Below the pieces are notes generated by a model. That model saw only the letters and a list, made by a program, of their open reading frames with translations, searched no databases and was not told the origin of the DNA. Positions 1 to 15,000 of a DNA stretch of 64,000 nucleotides are shown here, piece by piece. The translations under genes and the position numbers were made by a program. The stretch comes from Eledone cirrhosa (lineage: Eukaryota), in assembly GCA_964016885.1 (NCBI GenBank), contig OZ024741.1:51584001-51648000 (forward strand). The letters are read 5' to 3'. Every line of letters begins with the position of its first letter. The stretch's first letter is position 1.

Positions 1-3000
1 GACTGATAGGAACACTGTACAATATTAGGGTAGTGTGATATGTGTGTGTTGTGTCTGTTGTTGGTGACTGATAGGAACACAGTACAATATTAGGGTAGTG
101 TGATATCTGTGTGTTGTGTCTGTTGTTGGTGACTGATAGGAACACTGTACAATATTAGGGTATTGTGATATCTGTGTGTTGTGTCTGTTGTTGGTGGCTG
201 ATAGGAACACTGTACAATATTAGGGTATTGTGATATCTGTGTGTTGTGTCTGTTGTTGGTGACTGATAGGAACACTGTACAATATTAGGGTATTGTGATA
301 ACTGTGTGTTGTGTCTGTTGTTGGTGGTTGATAGGAACACTGTACAATATTCGGGTATTGTGATATCTGTGTTGTGTCTGTTGTTGGTGACTGATAGGAA
401 CACTGTACAATATTAGGGTATTGTGATATGTGTGTGTGTTGTGTCTGTTGTTGGTGGCTGATAGGAACACCGTACAATATTAGGGTATTGTGATATGTGT
501 GTGTTGTGTCTGTTGTTGGTGGCTGATAGGAACACTGTACAATATTAGGGTATTGTGATATTTGTGTGTTGTGTCTGTTGTTGGTGGCTGATAGGAACAC
601 TCTACAATATTAGGGTATTGTGATATCTGTGTGTTATGTCTGTTGTTGGTGACTGATAGGAACACTGTACAATATTAGGGTATTGTGATATCTGTGTGTT
701 GTGTCTGTTGTTGGTGGCTGATAGGAACACAGTACAATATTAGGGTATTGTGATATGTGTGTGTTGTGTCTGTTGTTGGTGGCTGATAGGAACACTGTAC
801 AATATTAGGGTAGTGTGATATGTGTGTGTTGTGTCTGTTGTTGGTGGCTGATAGGAACACTGTACAATATTAGGGTATTGTGATATGTGTGTGTTGTGTC
901 TGTTGTTGGTGGCTGATAGGAACACCGTACAATATTAGGGTATTGTGATATGTGTGTGTTGTGTCTGTTGTTGGTGGCTGATAGGAACACTATACAATAT
1001 TAGGGTATTGTGATATCTGTGTGTTGTCTGTTGTTGGTGGCTGATAGGAACACTGTACAATATTAGGGTATTGTGATATCTGTGTGTTGTGTCTGTTGTT
1101 GGTGACTGATAGGAACACTGTACAATATTAGGGTATTGTGATATCTGTGTGTTGTGTCTGTTGTTGGTGGCTGATAGGAACACTGTACAATATTAGGGTA
1201 GTGTGATATGTGTGTGTTGTGTCTGTTGTTGGTGGCTGATAGGAACACTGTACAATATTAGGGTATTGTGATATCTGTGTTGTGTCTGTTGTTGGTGACT
1301 GATAGGAACACTGTACAATATTAGGGTATTGTGATATCTGTGTTGTGTCTGTTGTTGGTGACTGATAGGAACACTGTACAATATTAGGGTATTGTGATAT
1401 CTGTGTGTTGTGTCTGTTGTTGGTGGCTGATAGGAACACTGTACAATAATAGGGTATTGTGATATCTGTGTGTTGTGTCTGTTGTTGGTGACTGATAGGA
1501 ACACTCTACAATATCAGGGTAGTGTGATATCTGTGTGTTATGTCTGTTGTTGGTGGCTGATAGGAACACTGTACAATATTAGGGTATTGTGATATGTGTG
1601 TGTTGTGTCTGTTGTTGGTGGCTGATAGGAACACTGTACAATATTAGGGTATTGTGATATCTGTGTGTTGTCTGTTGTTGGTGACTGATAGGAACACTCT
1701 ACAATATCAGGGTAGTGTGATATGTGTGTGTTGTGTCTGTTGTTGGTGGCTGATAGGAACACTGTACAATATTAGGGTATTGTGATATGTGTGTGTTGTG
1801 TCTGTTGTTGGTGGCTGATAGGAACACTGTACAATATTAGGGTAGTGTGATATCTGTGTGTTGTGTCTGTTGTTGGTGGCTGATAGGAACACTGTACAAT
1901 ATTAGGGTATTGTGATATGTGTGTGTTGTGTCTGTTGTTGGTGGCTGATAGGAACACTGTACAATATTAGGGTAGTGTGATATGTGCGTGTTGTGTCTGT
2001 TGTTGGTGGCTGATAGGAACACTGTACAATATTAGGGTATTGTGATATCTGTGTGTTGTGTCTGTTGTTGGTGACTGATAGGAACACTGTACAATATTAG
2101 GGTAGTGTGATATGTGTGTGTTGTGTCTGTTGTTGGTGGCTGATAGGAACACTGTACAATATTAGGTTAGTGTGATATGTGCGTGTTGTGTCTGTTGTTG
2201 GTGGCTGATAGGAACACTGTACAATATTAGGGTAGTGTGATATGTGTGTGTTGTGTCTGTTGTTGGTGACTGATAGGAACACAGTACAATATTATGGTAG
2301 TGTGATATCTGTGTGTTGTGTCTGTTGTTGGTGACTGATAGGAACACTGTACAATATTAGGGTATTGTGATATCTGTGTGTTGTGTCTGTTGTTGGTGGC
2401 TGATAGGAACACTGTACAATATTAGGGTATTGTGATATCTGTGTGTTGTGTCTGTTGTTGGTGACTGATAGGAACACTGTACAATATTAGGGTATTGTGA
2501 TATCTGTGTGTTGTGTCTGTTGTTGGTGACTGATAGGAACACTGTACAATATTAGGGTAGTGTGATATGTGTGTGTTGTGTCTGTTGTTGGTGACTGATA
2601 GGAACACTGTACAATATTAGGGTATTGTGATATCTGTGTGTGTGTTGTGTCTGTTGTTGGTGGCTGATAGGAACACCGTACAATATTAGGGTATTGTGAT
2701 ATGTGTGTGTTGTGTCTGTTGTTGGTGGCTGATAGGAACACTGTACAATATTAGGGTATTGTGATATGTGTGTGTTGTGTCTGTTGTTGGTGGCTGATAG
2801 GAACACTGTACAATATTAGGGTATTGTGATATCTGTGTGTTATGTCTGTTGTTGGTGACTGATAGGAACACTGTACAATATTAGGGTATTGTGATATCTG
2901 TGTGTTGTGTCTGTTGTTGGTGGCTGATAGGAACACAGTACAATATTAGGGTATTGTGATATGTGTGTGTTGTGTCTGTTGTTGGTGGCTGATAGGAACA

Positions 3001-6000
3001 CTGTACAATATTAGGGTATTGTGATATGTGTGTGTTGTGTCTGTTGTTGGTGGCTGATAGGAACACTGTACAATATTAGGGTATTGTGATATGTGTGTGT
3101 TGTGTCTGTTGTTGGTGGCTGATAGGAACACCGTACAATATTAGGGTATTGTGATATGTGTGTGTTGTGTCTGTTGTTGGTGGCTGATAGGAACACTATA
3201 CAATATTAGGGTATTGTGATATCTGTGTGTTGTCTGCTGTTGGTGGCTGATAGGAACACTGTACAATATTAGGGTATTGTGATATCTGTGTGTTGTGTCT
3301 GTTGTTGGTGACTGATAGGAACACTGTACAATATTAGGGTATTGTGATATCTGTGTGTTGTGTCTGTTGTTGGTGGCTGATAGGAACACTGTACAATATT
3401 AGGGTAGTGTGATATGTGTGTGTTGTGTCTGTTGTTGGTGGCTGATAGGAACACTGTACAATATTAGGGTATTGTGATATCTGTGTTGTGTCTGTTGTTG
3501 GTGACTGATAGGAACACTGTACAATATTAGGGTATTGTGATATCTGTGTTGTGTCTGTTATTGGTGACTGATAGGAACACTGTACAATATTAGGGTATTG
3601 TGATATGTGTGTGTGTTGTGTCTGTTGTTGGTGGCTGATAGGAACACTGTACAATATTAGGGTATTGTGATATCTGTGTGTTGTGTCTGTTGTTGGTGGC
3701 TGATAGGAACACTGTACAATAATAGGGTATTGTGATATCTGTGTGTTGTGTCTGTTGTTGGTGGCTGATAGGAACACTGTACAATATTAGGGTATTGTGA
3801 TATGTGTGTGTTGTGTCTGTTGTTGGTGACTGATAGGAACACTGTACAATATTAGGGTATTGTGATATGTGTGTGTTGTGTCTGTTGTTGGTGGCTGATA
3901 GGAACACTGTACAATATTAGGGTATTGTGATATGTGTGTGTTGTGTCTGTTGTTGGTGACTGATAGGAACACGGTACAATATTAGGGTATTGTGATATGT
4001 GTGTGTTGTGTCTGTTGTTGGTGGCTGATAGGAACACTGTACAATATTAGGGTATTGTGATATCTGTGTGTTGTGTCTGTTGTTGGTGGTTGATAGGGAC
4101 ACTGTACAATATTAGGGTATTGTGATATCTGTGTTGTGTCTGTTGTTGGTGACTGATAGGAACACTGTACAATATTAGGGTATTGTGATATCTGTGTGTT
4201 GTGTCTGTTGTTGGTGACTGATAGGAACACTGTACAATATTAGGGTATTGTGATATGTGTGTGTTGTGTCTGTTGTTGGTGACTGATAGGAACACTGTAC
4301 AATATTAGGGTATTGTGATATCTGTGTGTTGTGTCTGTTGTTGGTGGCTTATAGGAACACTGTACAATATTAGGGTATTGTGATATCTGTGTTGTGTCTG
4401 TTGTTGGTGACTGATAGGAACACTGTACAATATTAGGGTATTGTGATATCTGTGTGTTGTGTCTGTTGTTGGTGGTTGATAGGAACGCTGTACAATATTA
4501 GGGTATTGTGATATCTGTGTTGTGTCTGTTGTTGGTGACTGATAGGAACACTGTACAATATTAGGGTATTGTGATATCTGTGTGTTGTGTCTGTTGTTGG
4601 TGGCTGATAGGAACACTGTACAATATTAGGGTATTGTGATATGTGTGTGTTGTGTCTGTTGTTGGTGGCTGATAGGAACACAGTACAATATTAGGGTATT
4701 GTGATATGTGTGTGTTGTGTCTGTTGTTGGTGGCTGATAGGAACACTGTACAATATTAGGGTATTGTGATATCTGTGTGTTGTGTCTGTTGTTGGTGACT
4801 GATAGGAACACTGTACAATATTAGGGTAGTGTGATATGTGTGTGTTGTGTCTGTTGTTGGTGACTGATAGGAACACTGTACAATATTAGGGTAGTGTGAT
4901 ATGTGTGTGTTGTGTCTGTTGTTGGTGACTGATAGGAACACAGTACAATATTAGGGTAGTGTGATATCTGTGTGTTGTGTCTGTTGTTGGTGACTGATAG
5001 GAACACTGTACAATATTAGGGTATTGTGATATCTGTGTGTTGTGTCTGTTGTTGGTGGCTGATAGGAACACTGTACAACATTAGAGTATTGTGATATCTG
5101 TGTGTTGTGTCTGTTGTTGGTGACTGATAGGAACACTGTACAATATTAGGGTATTGTGATATCTGTGTGTTATGTCTGTTGTTGGTGGCTGATAGGAACA
5201 CCGTACAATATTAGGGTATTGTGATATGTGTGTGTTGTGTCTGTTGTTGGTGGCTGATAGGAACACCGTACAATATTAGGGTATTGTGATATGTGTGTGT
5301 TGTGTCTGTTGTTGGTGACTGATAGGAACACAGTACAATATTAGGGTAGTGTGATATCTGTGTGTTGTGTCTGTTGTTGGTGACTGATAGGAACACTGTA
5401 CAATATTAGGGTATTGTGATATCTGTGTTGTGTCTGTTGTTGGTGACTGATAGGAACACTGTACAATATTAGGGTATTGTCATAACTGTGTGTTGTGTCT
5501 GTTGTTGGTGGTTGATAGGAACACTGTACAATATTAGGGTGTTGTGATATCTGTGTTGTGTCTGTTGTTGGTGGCTGATAGGAACACTGTACAATATTAG
5601 GGTATTGTGATATCTGTGTGTTATGTCTGTTGTTGGTGGCTGATAGGAACACCGTACAATATTAGGGTATTGTGATATGTGTGTGTTGTGTCTGTTGTTG
5701 GTGGCTGATAGGAACACTGTACAATATTAGGGTATCGTGATATCTGTGTTGTGTCTGTTGTTGGTGGCTGATAGGAACACTGTACAATATTAGGGTATTG
5801 TGATATCTGTGTGTTATGTCTGTTGTTGGTGACTGATAGGTACACTGTACAATATTAGGGTATTGTGATATGTGTGTGTGTTGTGTCTGTTGTTGGTGGC
5901 TGATAGGAACACTGTACAATATTAGGGTATTGTGATATGTGTGTGTTGTGTCTGTTGTTGGTGGCTGATAGGAACACAGTACAATATTAGGGTATTGTGA

Positions 6001-9000
6001 TATGTGTGTGTTGTGTCTGTTGTTGGTGGCTGATAGGAACACTGTACAATATTAGGGTATTGTGATATCTGTGTGTTGTGTCTGTTGTTGGTGACTGATA
6101 GGAACACTGTACAATATTAGGGTAGTGTGATATGTGTGTGTTGTGTCTGTTGTTGGTGACTGATAGGAACACTGTACAATATTAGGGTAGTGTGATATGT
6201 GTGTGTTGTGTCTGTTGTTGGTGACTGATAGGAACACAGTACAATATTAGGGTAGTGTGATATCTGTGTGTTGTGTCTGTTGTTGGTGACTGATAGGAAC
6301 ACTGTACAATATTAGGGTATTGTGATATCTGTGTGTTGTGTCTGTTGTTGGTGGCTGATAGGAACACTGTACAATATTAGGGTATTGTGATATCTGTGTG
6401 TTGTGTCTGTTGTTGGTGACTGATAGGAACACTGTACAATATTAGGGTATTGTGATAACTGTGTGTTGTGTCTGTTGTTGGTGGTTGATAGGAACACTGT
6501 ACAATATTAGGGTATTGTGATATCTGTGTTGTGTCTGTTGTTGGTGACTGATAGGAACACTGTACAATATTAGGGTATTGTGATATGTGTGTGTGTTGTG
6601 TCTGTTGTTGGTGGCTGATAGGAACACCGTACAATATTAGGGTATTGTGATATGTGTGTGTTGTGTCTGTTGTTGGTGGCTGATAGGAACACTGTACAAT
6701 ATTAGGGTATCGTGATATCTGTGTTGTGTCTGTTGTTGGTGGCTGATAGGAACACTGTACAATATTAGGGTATTGTGATATCTGTGTGTTATGTCTGTTG
6801 TTGGTGACTGATAGGAACACTGTACAATATTAGGGTATTGTGATATCTGTGTGTTGTGTCTGTTGTTGGTGGCTGATAGGAACACCGTACAATATTAGGG
6901 TATTGTGATATGTGTGTGTTGTGTCTGTTGTTGGTGGCTGATAGGAACACTGTACAATATTAGGGTATTGTGATATGTGTGTGTTGTGTCTGTTGTTGGT
7001 GGCTGATAGGAACACTGTACAATATTAGGGTATTGTGATATGTGTGTGTTGTGTCTGTTGTTGGTGGCTGATAGGAACACCGTACAATATTAGGGTATTG
7101 TGATATGTGTGTGTTGTGTCTGTTGTTGGTGGCTGATAGGACACTATACAATATTAGGGTATTGTGATATCTGTGTGTTGTCTGTTGTTGGTGGCTGATA
7201 GGAACCCTGTACAATATTAGGGTATTGTGATATGTGTGTGTTGTGTCTGTTGTTGGTGGCTGATAGGAACACTGTACAATATTAGGGTATTGTGATATGT
7301 GTGTGTTGTGTCTGTTGTTGGTGGCTGATAGGAACACTGTACAATATTAGGGTATTGTGATATCTGTGTGTTGTGTCTGTTGTTGGTGACTGATAGGAAC
7401 ACTGTACAATATTAGGGTATTGTGATATCTGTGTTGTGTCTGTTGTTGGTGGCTGATAGGAACACTGTACAATATTAGGGTATCGTGATATCTGTGTGTT
7501 GTGTCTGTTGTTGGTGACTGATAGGAACACTGTACAATATTAGGGTAGTGTGATATGTGTGTGTTGTGTCTGTTGTTGGTGGCTGATAGGAACACTGTAC
7601 AATATTAGGGTAGTGTGATATGTGTGTGTTGTGTCTGTTGTTGGTGGCTGATAGGAACACTGTACAATATTAGGGTAGTGTGATATGTGTGTGTTGTGTC
7701 TGTTGTTGGTGGCTGATAGGAACACTGTACAATATTAGGGTAGTGTGATATGTGTGTGTTGTGTCTGTTGTTGGTGGCTGATAGGAACACTGTACAATAT
7801 TAGGGTATTGTGATATCTGTGTTGTGTCTGTTGTTGGTGGCTGATAGGAACACTGTACAATATTAGGGTATCGTGATATCTGTGTGTTGTGTCTGTTGTT
7901 GGTGACTGATAGGAACACTGTACAATATTAGGGTATTGTGATATCTGTGTGTTGTGTCTGTTGTTGGTGGCTGATAGGAACACTGTACAATAATAGGGTA
8001 TTGTGATATCTGTGTGTTGTGTCTGTTGTTGGTGGCTGATAGGAACACTGTACAATATTAGGGTATTGTGATATGTGTGTGTTGTGTCTGTTGTTGGTGA
8101 CTGATAGGAACACTGTACAATATTAGGGTAGTGTGATATGTGTGTGTTGTGTCTGTTGTTGGTGACTGATAGGAACACAGTACAATATTAGGGTAGTGTG
8201 ATATCTGTGTGTTGTGTCTGTTGTTGGTGACTGATAGGAACACTGTACAATATTAGGGTATTGTGATATCTGTGTGTTGTGTCTGTTGTTGGTGGCTGAT
8301 AGGAACACTGTACAACATTAGAGTATTGTGATATCTGTGTGTTGTGTCTGTTGTTGGTGACTGATAGGAACACTGTACAATATTAGGGTATTGTGATATC
8401 TGTGTGTTATGTCTGTTGTTGGTGGCTGATAGGAACACCGTACAATATTAGGGTATTGTGATATGTGTGTGTTGTGTCTGTTGTTGGTGGCTGATAGGAA
8501 CACCGTACAATATTAGGGTATTGTGATATGTGTGTGTTGTGTCTGTTGTTGGTGACTGATAGGAACACAGTACAATATTAGGGTAGTGTGATATCTGTGT
8601 GTTGTGTCTGTTGTTGGTGACTGATAGGAACACTGTACAATATTAGGGTATTGTGATATCTGTGTTGTGTCTGTTGTTGGTGACTGATAGGAACACTGTA
8701 CAATATTAGGGTATTGTCATAACTGTGTGTTGTGTCTGTTGTTGGTGGTTGATAGGAACACTGTACAATATTAGGGTGTTGTGATATCTGTGTTGTGTCT
8801 GTTGTTGGTGGCTGATAGGAACACTGTACAATATTAGGGTATTGTGATATCTGTGTGTTATGTCTGTTGTTGGTGGCTGATAGGAACACCGTACAATATT
8901 AGGGTATTGTGATATGTGTGTGTTGTGTCTGTTGTTGGTGGCTGATAGGAACACTGTACAATATTAGGGTATCGTGATATCTGTGTTGTGTCTGTTGTTG

Positions 9001-12000
9001 GTGGCTGATAGGAACACTGTACAATATTAGGGTATTGTGATATCTGTGTGTTATGTCTGTTGTTGGTGACTGATAGGTACACTGTACAATATTAGGGTAT
9101 TGTGATATGTGTGTGTGTTGTGTCTGTTGTTGGTGGCTGATAGGAACACTGTACAATATTAGGGTATTGTGATATGTGTGTGTTGTGTCTGTTGTTGGTG
9201 GCTGATAGGAACACAGTACAATATTAGGGTATTGTGATATGTGTGTGTTGTGTCTGTTGTTGGTGGCTGATAGGAACACTGTACAATATTAGGGTATTGT
9301 GATATCTGTGTGTTGTGTCTGTTGTTGGTGACTGATAGGAACACTGTACAATATTAGGGTAGTGTGATATGTGTGTGTTGTGTCTGTTGTTGGTGACTGA
9401 TAGGAACACTGTACAATATTAGGGTAGTGTGATATGTGTGTGTTGTGTCTGTTGTTGGTGACTGATAGGAACACAGTACAATATTAGGGTAGTGTGATAT
9501 CTGTGTGTTGTGTCTGTTGTTGGTGACTGATAGGAACACTGTACAATATTAGGGTATTGTGATATCTGTGTGTTGTGTCTGTTGTTGGTGGCTGATAGGA
9601 ACACTGTACAATATTAGGGTATTGTGATATCTGTGTGTTGTGTCTGTTGTTGGTGACTGATAGGAACACTGTACAATATTAGGGTATTGTGATAACTGTG
9701 TGTTGTGTCTGTTGTTGGTGGTTGATAGGAACACTGTACAATATTAGGGTATTGTGATATCTGTGTTGTGTCTGTTGTTGGTGACTGATAGGAACACTGT
9801 ACAATATTAGGGTATTGTGATATGTGTGTGTGTTGTGTCTGTTGTTGGTGGCTGATAGGAACACCGTACAATATTAGGGTATTGTGATATGTGTGTGTTG
9901 TGTCTGTTGTTGGTGGCTGATAGGAACACTGTACAATATTAGGGTATCGTGATATCTGTGTTGTGTCTGTTGTTGGTGGCTGATAGGAACACTGTACAAT
10001 ATTAGGGTATTGTGATATCTGTGTGTTATGTCTGTTGTTGGTGACTGATAGGAACACTGTACAATATTAGGGTATTGTGATATCTGTGTGTTGTGTCTGT
10101 TGTTGGTGGCTGATAGGAACACCGTACAATATTAGGGTATTGTGATATGTGTGTGTTGTGTCTGTTGTTGGTGGCTGATAGGAACACTGTACAATATTAG
10201 GGTATTGTGATATGTGTGTGTTGTGTCTGTTGTTGGTGGCTGATAGGAACACTGTACAATATTAGGGTATTGTGATATGTGTGTGTTGTGTCTGTTGTTG
10301 GTGGCTGATAGGAACACCGTACAATATTAGGGTATTGTGATATGTGTGTGTTGTGTCTGTTGTTGGTGGCTGATAGGACACTATACAATATTAGGGTATT
10401 GTGATATCTGTGTGTTGTCTGTTGTTGGTGGCTGATAGGAACCCTGTACAATATTAGGGTATTGTGATATGTGTGTGTTGTGTCTGTTGTTGGTGGCTGA
10501 TAGGAACACTGTACAATATTAGGGTATTGTGATATGTGTGTGTTGTGTCTGTTGTTGGTGGCTGATAGGAACACTGTACAATATTAGGGTATTGTGATAT
10601 CTGTGTGTTGTGTCTGTTGTTGGTGACTGATAGGAACACTGTACAATATTAGGGTATTGTGATATCTGTGTTGTGTCTGTTGTTGGTGGCTGATAGGAAC
10701 ACTGTACAATATTAGGGTATCGTGATATCTGTGTGTTGTGTCTGTTGTTGGTGACTGATAGGAACACTGTACAATATTAGGGTAGTGTGATATGTGTGTG
10801 TTGTGTCTGTTGTTGGTGGCTGATAGGAACACTGTACAATATTAGGGTAGTGTGATATGTGTGTGTTGTGTCTGTTGTTGGTGGCTGATAGGAACACTGT
10901 ACAATATTAGGGTAGTGTGATATGTGTGTGTTGTGTCTGTTGTTGGTGGCTGATAGGAACACTGTACAATATTAGGGTAGTGTGATATGTGTGTGTTGTG
11001 TCTGTTGTTGGTGGCTGATAGGAACACTGTACAATATTAGGGTATTGTGATATCTGTGTTGTGTCTGTTGTTGGTGGCTGATAGGAACACTGTACAATAT
11101 TAGGGTATCGTGATATCTGTGTGTTGTGTCTGTTGTTGGTGACTGATAGGAACACTGTACAATATTAGGGTATTGTGATATCTGTGTGTTGTGTCTGTTG
11201 TTGGTGGCTGATAGGAACACTGTACAATAATAGGGTATTGTGATATCTGTGTGTTGTGTCTGTTGTTGGTGGCTGATAGGAACACTGTACAATATTAGGG
11301 TATTGTGATATGTGTGTGTTGTGTCTGTTGTTGGTGACTGATAGGAACACTGTACAATATTAGGGTATCGTGATATGTGTGTGTTGTGTCTGTTGTTGGT
11401 GGCTGATAGGAACACTGTACAATATTAGGGTATTGTGATATGTGTGTGTTGTGTCTGTTGTTGGTGACTGATAGGAACACGGTACAATATTAGGGTATTG
11501 TGATATGTGTGTGTTGTGTCTGTTGTTGGTGGCTGATAGGAACACTGTACAATATTAGGGTATTGTGATATGTGTGTGTTGTGTCTGTTGTTGGTGATTG
11601 ATAGGAACACGGTACAATATTAGGGTATTGTGATATGTGTGTGTTGTGTCTGTTGTTGGTGGCTGATAGGAACACTGTACAATATTAGGGTATTGTGATA
11701 TCTGTGTGTTGTGTCTGTTGTTGGTGACTGATAGGAACACTGTACAATATTAGGGTATTGTGATATCTGTGTGTTGTGTCTGTTGTTGGTGGCTGATAGG
11801 AACACTGTACAATATTAGGGTATTGTGATATCTGTGTTGTGTCTGTTGTTGGTGACTGATAGGAACACTGTACAATATCAGGGTATTGTGATATCTGTGT
11901 ATTTTGTCTGTTGTTGGTGGTTGATAGGAACACTGTACAATATTAGGGTATTGTGATATCTGTGTTGTGTCTGTTGTTGGTGACTGATAGGAACACTGTA

Positions 12001-15000
12001 CAATATTAGGGTATTGTGATATCTGTGTGTTGTGTCTGTTGTTGGTGACTGATAGGAACACTGTACAATATTAGGGTAGTGTGATATCTGTGTGTTGTGT
12101 CTGTTGTTGGTGGCTGATAGGAACACTGTACAATATTAGGGTATTGTGATATCTGTGTTGTGTCTGTTGTTGGTGACTGATAGCAACACTGTACAATATT
12201 AGGGTATTGTGATATCTGTGTGTTATGTCTGTTGTTGGTCACTGATAGGAACACTGTACAATATTAGGGTATTGTGATATGTGTGTGTGTTGTGTCTGTT
12301 GTTGGTGGCTGATAGGAACACTGTACAATATTAGGGTATTGTGATATGTGTGTGTTGTGTCTGTTGTTGGTGGCTGATAGGAACACTGTACAATATTAGG
12401 GTATCGTGATATCTGTGTTGTGTCTGTTGTTGGTGGCTGATAGGAACACTGTACAATATTAGGGTATTGTGATATCTGTGTGTTATGTCTGTTGTTGGTG
12501 ACTGATAGGAACACTGTACAATATTAGGGTATTGTGATATCTGTGTGTTGTGTCTGTTGTTGGTGGCTGATAGGAACACCGTACAATATTAGGGTATTGT
12601 GATATGTGTGTGTTGTGTCTGTTGTTGGTGGCTGATAGGAACACTGTACAATATTAGGGTATTGTGATATGTGTGTGTTGTGTCTGTTGTTGGTGGCTGA
12701 TAGGAACACTGTACAATATTAGGGTATTGTGATATGTGTGTGTTGTGTCTGTTGTTGGTGGCTGATAGGAACACCGTACAATATTAGGGTATTGTGATAT
12801 GTGTGTGTTGTGTCTGTTGTTGGTGGCTGATAGGAACACTATACAATATTAGGGTATTGTGATATCTGTGTGTTGTGTCTGTTGTTGGTGGCTGATAGGA
12901 ACACTGTACAATATTAGGGTATTGTGATATGTGTTGTGTCTGTTGTTGGTGGCTGATAGGAACACTGTACAATATTAGGGTATTGTGATATCTGTGTTGT
13001 GTCTGTTGTTGGTGACTGATAGGAACACTGTACAATATTAGGGTATTGTGATATCTGTGTGTTGTGTCTGTTGTTGGTGGCTGATAGGAACACTGTACAA
13101 TATTAGGGTATTGTGATATCTGTGTGTTGTGTCTGTTGTTGGTGGCTGATAGGAACACTGTACAATATTAGGGTATTGTGATATCTGTGTTGTGTCTGTT
13201 GTTGGTGACTGATAGGAACACTGTACAATATTAGGGTAGTGTGATATCTGTGTGTTGTGTCTGTTGTTGGTGGCTGATAGGAACACTGTACAATATTAGG
13301 GTATTGTGATATCTGTGTGTTGTGTCTGTTGTTGGTGGCTGATAGGAACACTGTACAATAATAGGGTATTGTGATATCTGTGTGTTGTGTCTGTTGTTGG
13401 TGGCTGATAGGAACACTGTACAATATTAGGGTATTGTGATATGTGTGTGTTGTGTCTGTTGTTGGTGACTGATAGGAACACTGTACAATATTAGGGTATT
13501 GTGATATGTGTGTGTTGTGTCTGTTGTTGGTGGCTGATAGGAACACTGTACAATATTAGGGTATTGTGATATGTGTGTGTTGTGTCTGTTGTTGGTGACT
13601 GATAGGAACACGGTACAATATTAGGGTATTGTGATATGTGTGTGTTGTGTCTGTTGTTGGTGGCTGATAGGAACACTGTACAATATTAGGGTATTGTGAT
13701 ATGTGTGTGTTGTGTCTGTTGTTGGTGATTGATAGGAACACGGTACAATATTAGGGTATTGTGATATGTGTGTGTTGTGTCTGTTGTTGGTGGCTGATAG
13801 GAACACTGTACAATATTAGGGTATTGTGATATCTGTGTGTTGTGTCTGTTGTTGGTGACTGATAGGAACACTGTATAATATTAGGGTATTGTGATATCTG
13901 TGTGTTGTGTCTGTTGTTGGTGGCTGATAGGAACACTGTACAATATTAGGGTATTGTGATATCTGTGTTGTGTCTGTTGTTGGTGACTGATAGGAACACT
14001 GTACAATATCAGGGTATTGTGATATCTGTGTGTTGTGTCTGTTGTTGGTGGTTGATAGGAACACTGTACAATATTAGGGTATTGTGATATCTGTGTTGTG
14101 TCTGTTGTTGGTGACTGATAGCAACACTGTACAATATTAGGGTATTGTGATATCTGTGTGTTGTGTCTGTTGTTGTCGGCTGATAGGAACACTGTACAAT
14201 ATTAGGGTAGTGTGATATGTGTGTGTTGTGTCTGTTGTTGGTGGCTGATAGGAACACTGTACAATATTAGGGTATTGTGATATCTGTGTGTTGTGTCTGT
14301 TGTTGGTGACTGATAGGAACACTGTACAATATTAGGGTATTGTGATATGTGTGTGTTGTGTCTGTTGTTGGTGACTGATAGGAACACTGTACAATATTAG
14401 GGTATTGTGATATCTGTGTGTTGTGTCTGTTGTTGGTGACTGATAGGAACACTGTACAATATTAGGGTAGTGTGATATCTGTGTGTTGTGTCTGTTGTTG
14501 GTGACTGATAGGAACACTGTACAATATTAGGGTAGTGTGATATGTGTGTGTTGTGTCTGTTGTTGGTGACTGATAGGAACACAGTACAATATTAGGGTAT
14601 TGTGATATGTGTGTGTTGTGTCTGTTGTTGGTGACTGATAGGAACACTGTACAATATTAGGGTAGTGTGATATGTGTGTGTTGTGTCTGTTGTTGGTGGC
14701 TGATAGGAACACTGTACAATATTAGGGTAGTGTGATATCTGTGTGTTGTGTCTGTTGTTGGTGGCTGATAGGAACACTGTACAATATTAGGGTAGTGTGA
14801 TATGTGTGTGTTGTGTCTGTTGTTGGTGACTGATAGGAACACAGTACAATATTAGGGTATTGTGATATGTGTGTGTTGTGTCTGTTGTTGGTGACTGATA
14901 GGAACACTGTACAATATTAGGGTAGTGTGATATGTGTGTGTTGTGTCTGTTGTTGGTGGCTGATAGGAACACTGTACAATATTAGGGTAGTGTGATATCT

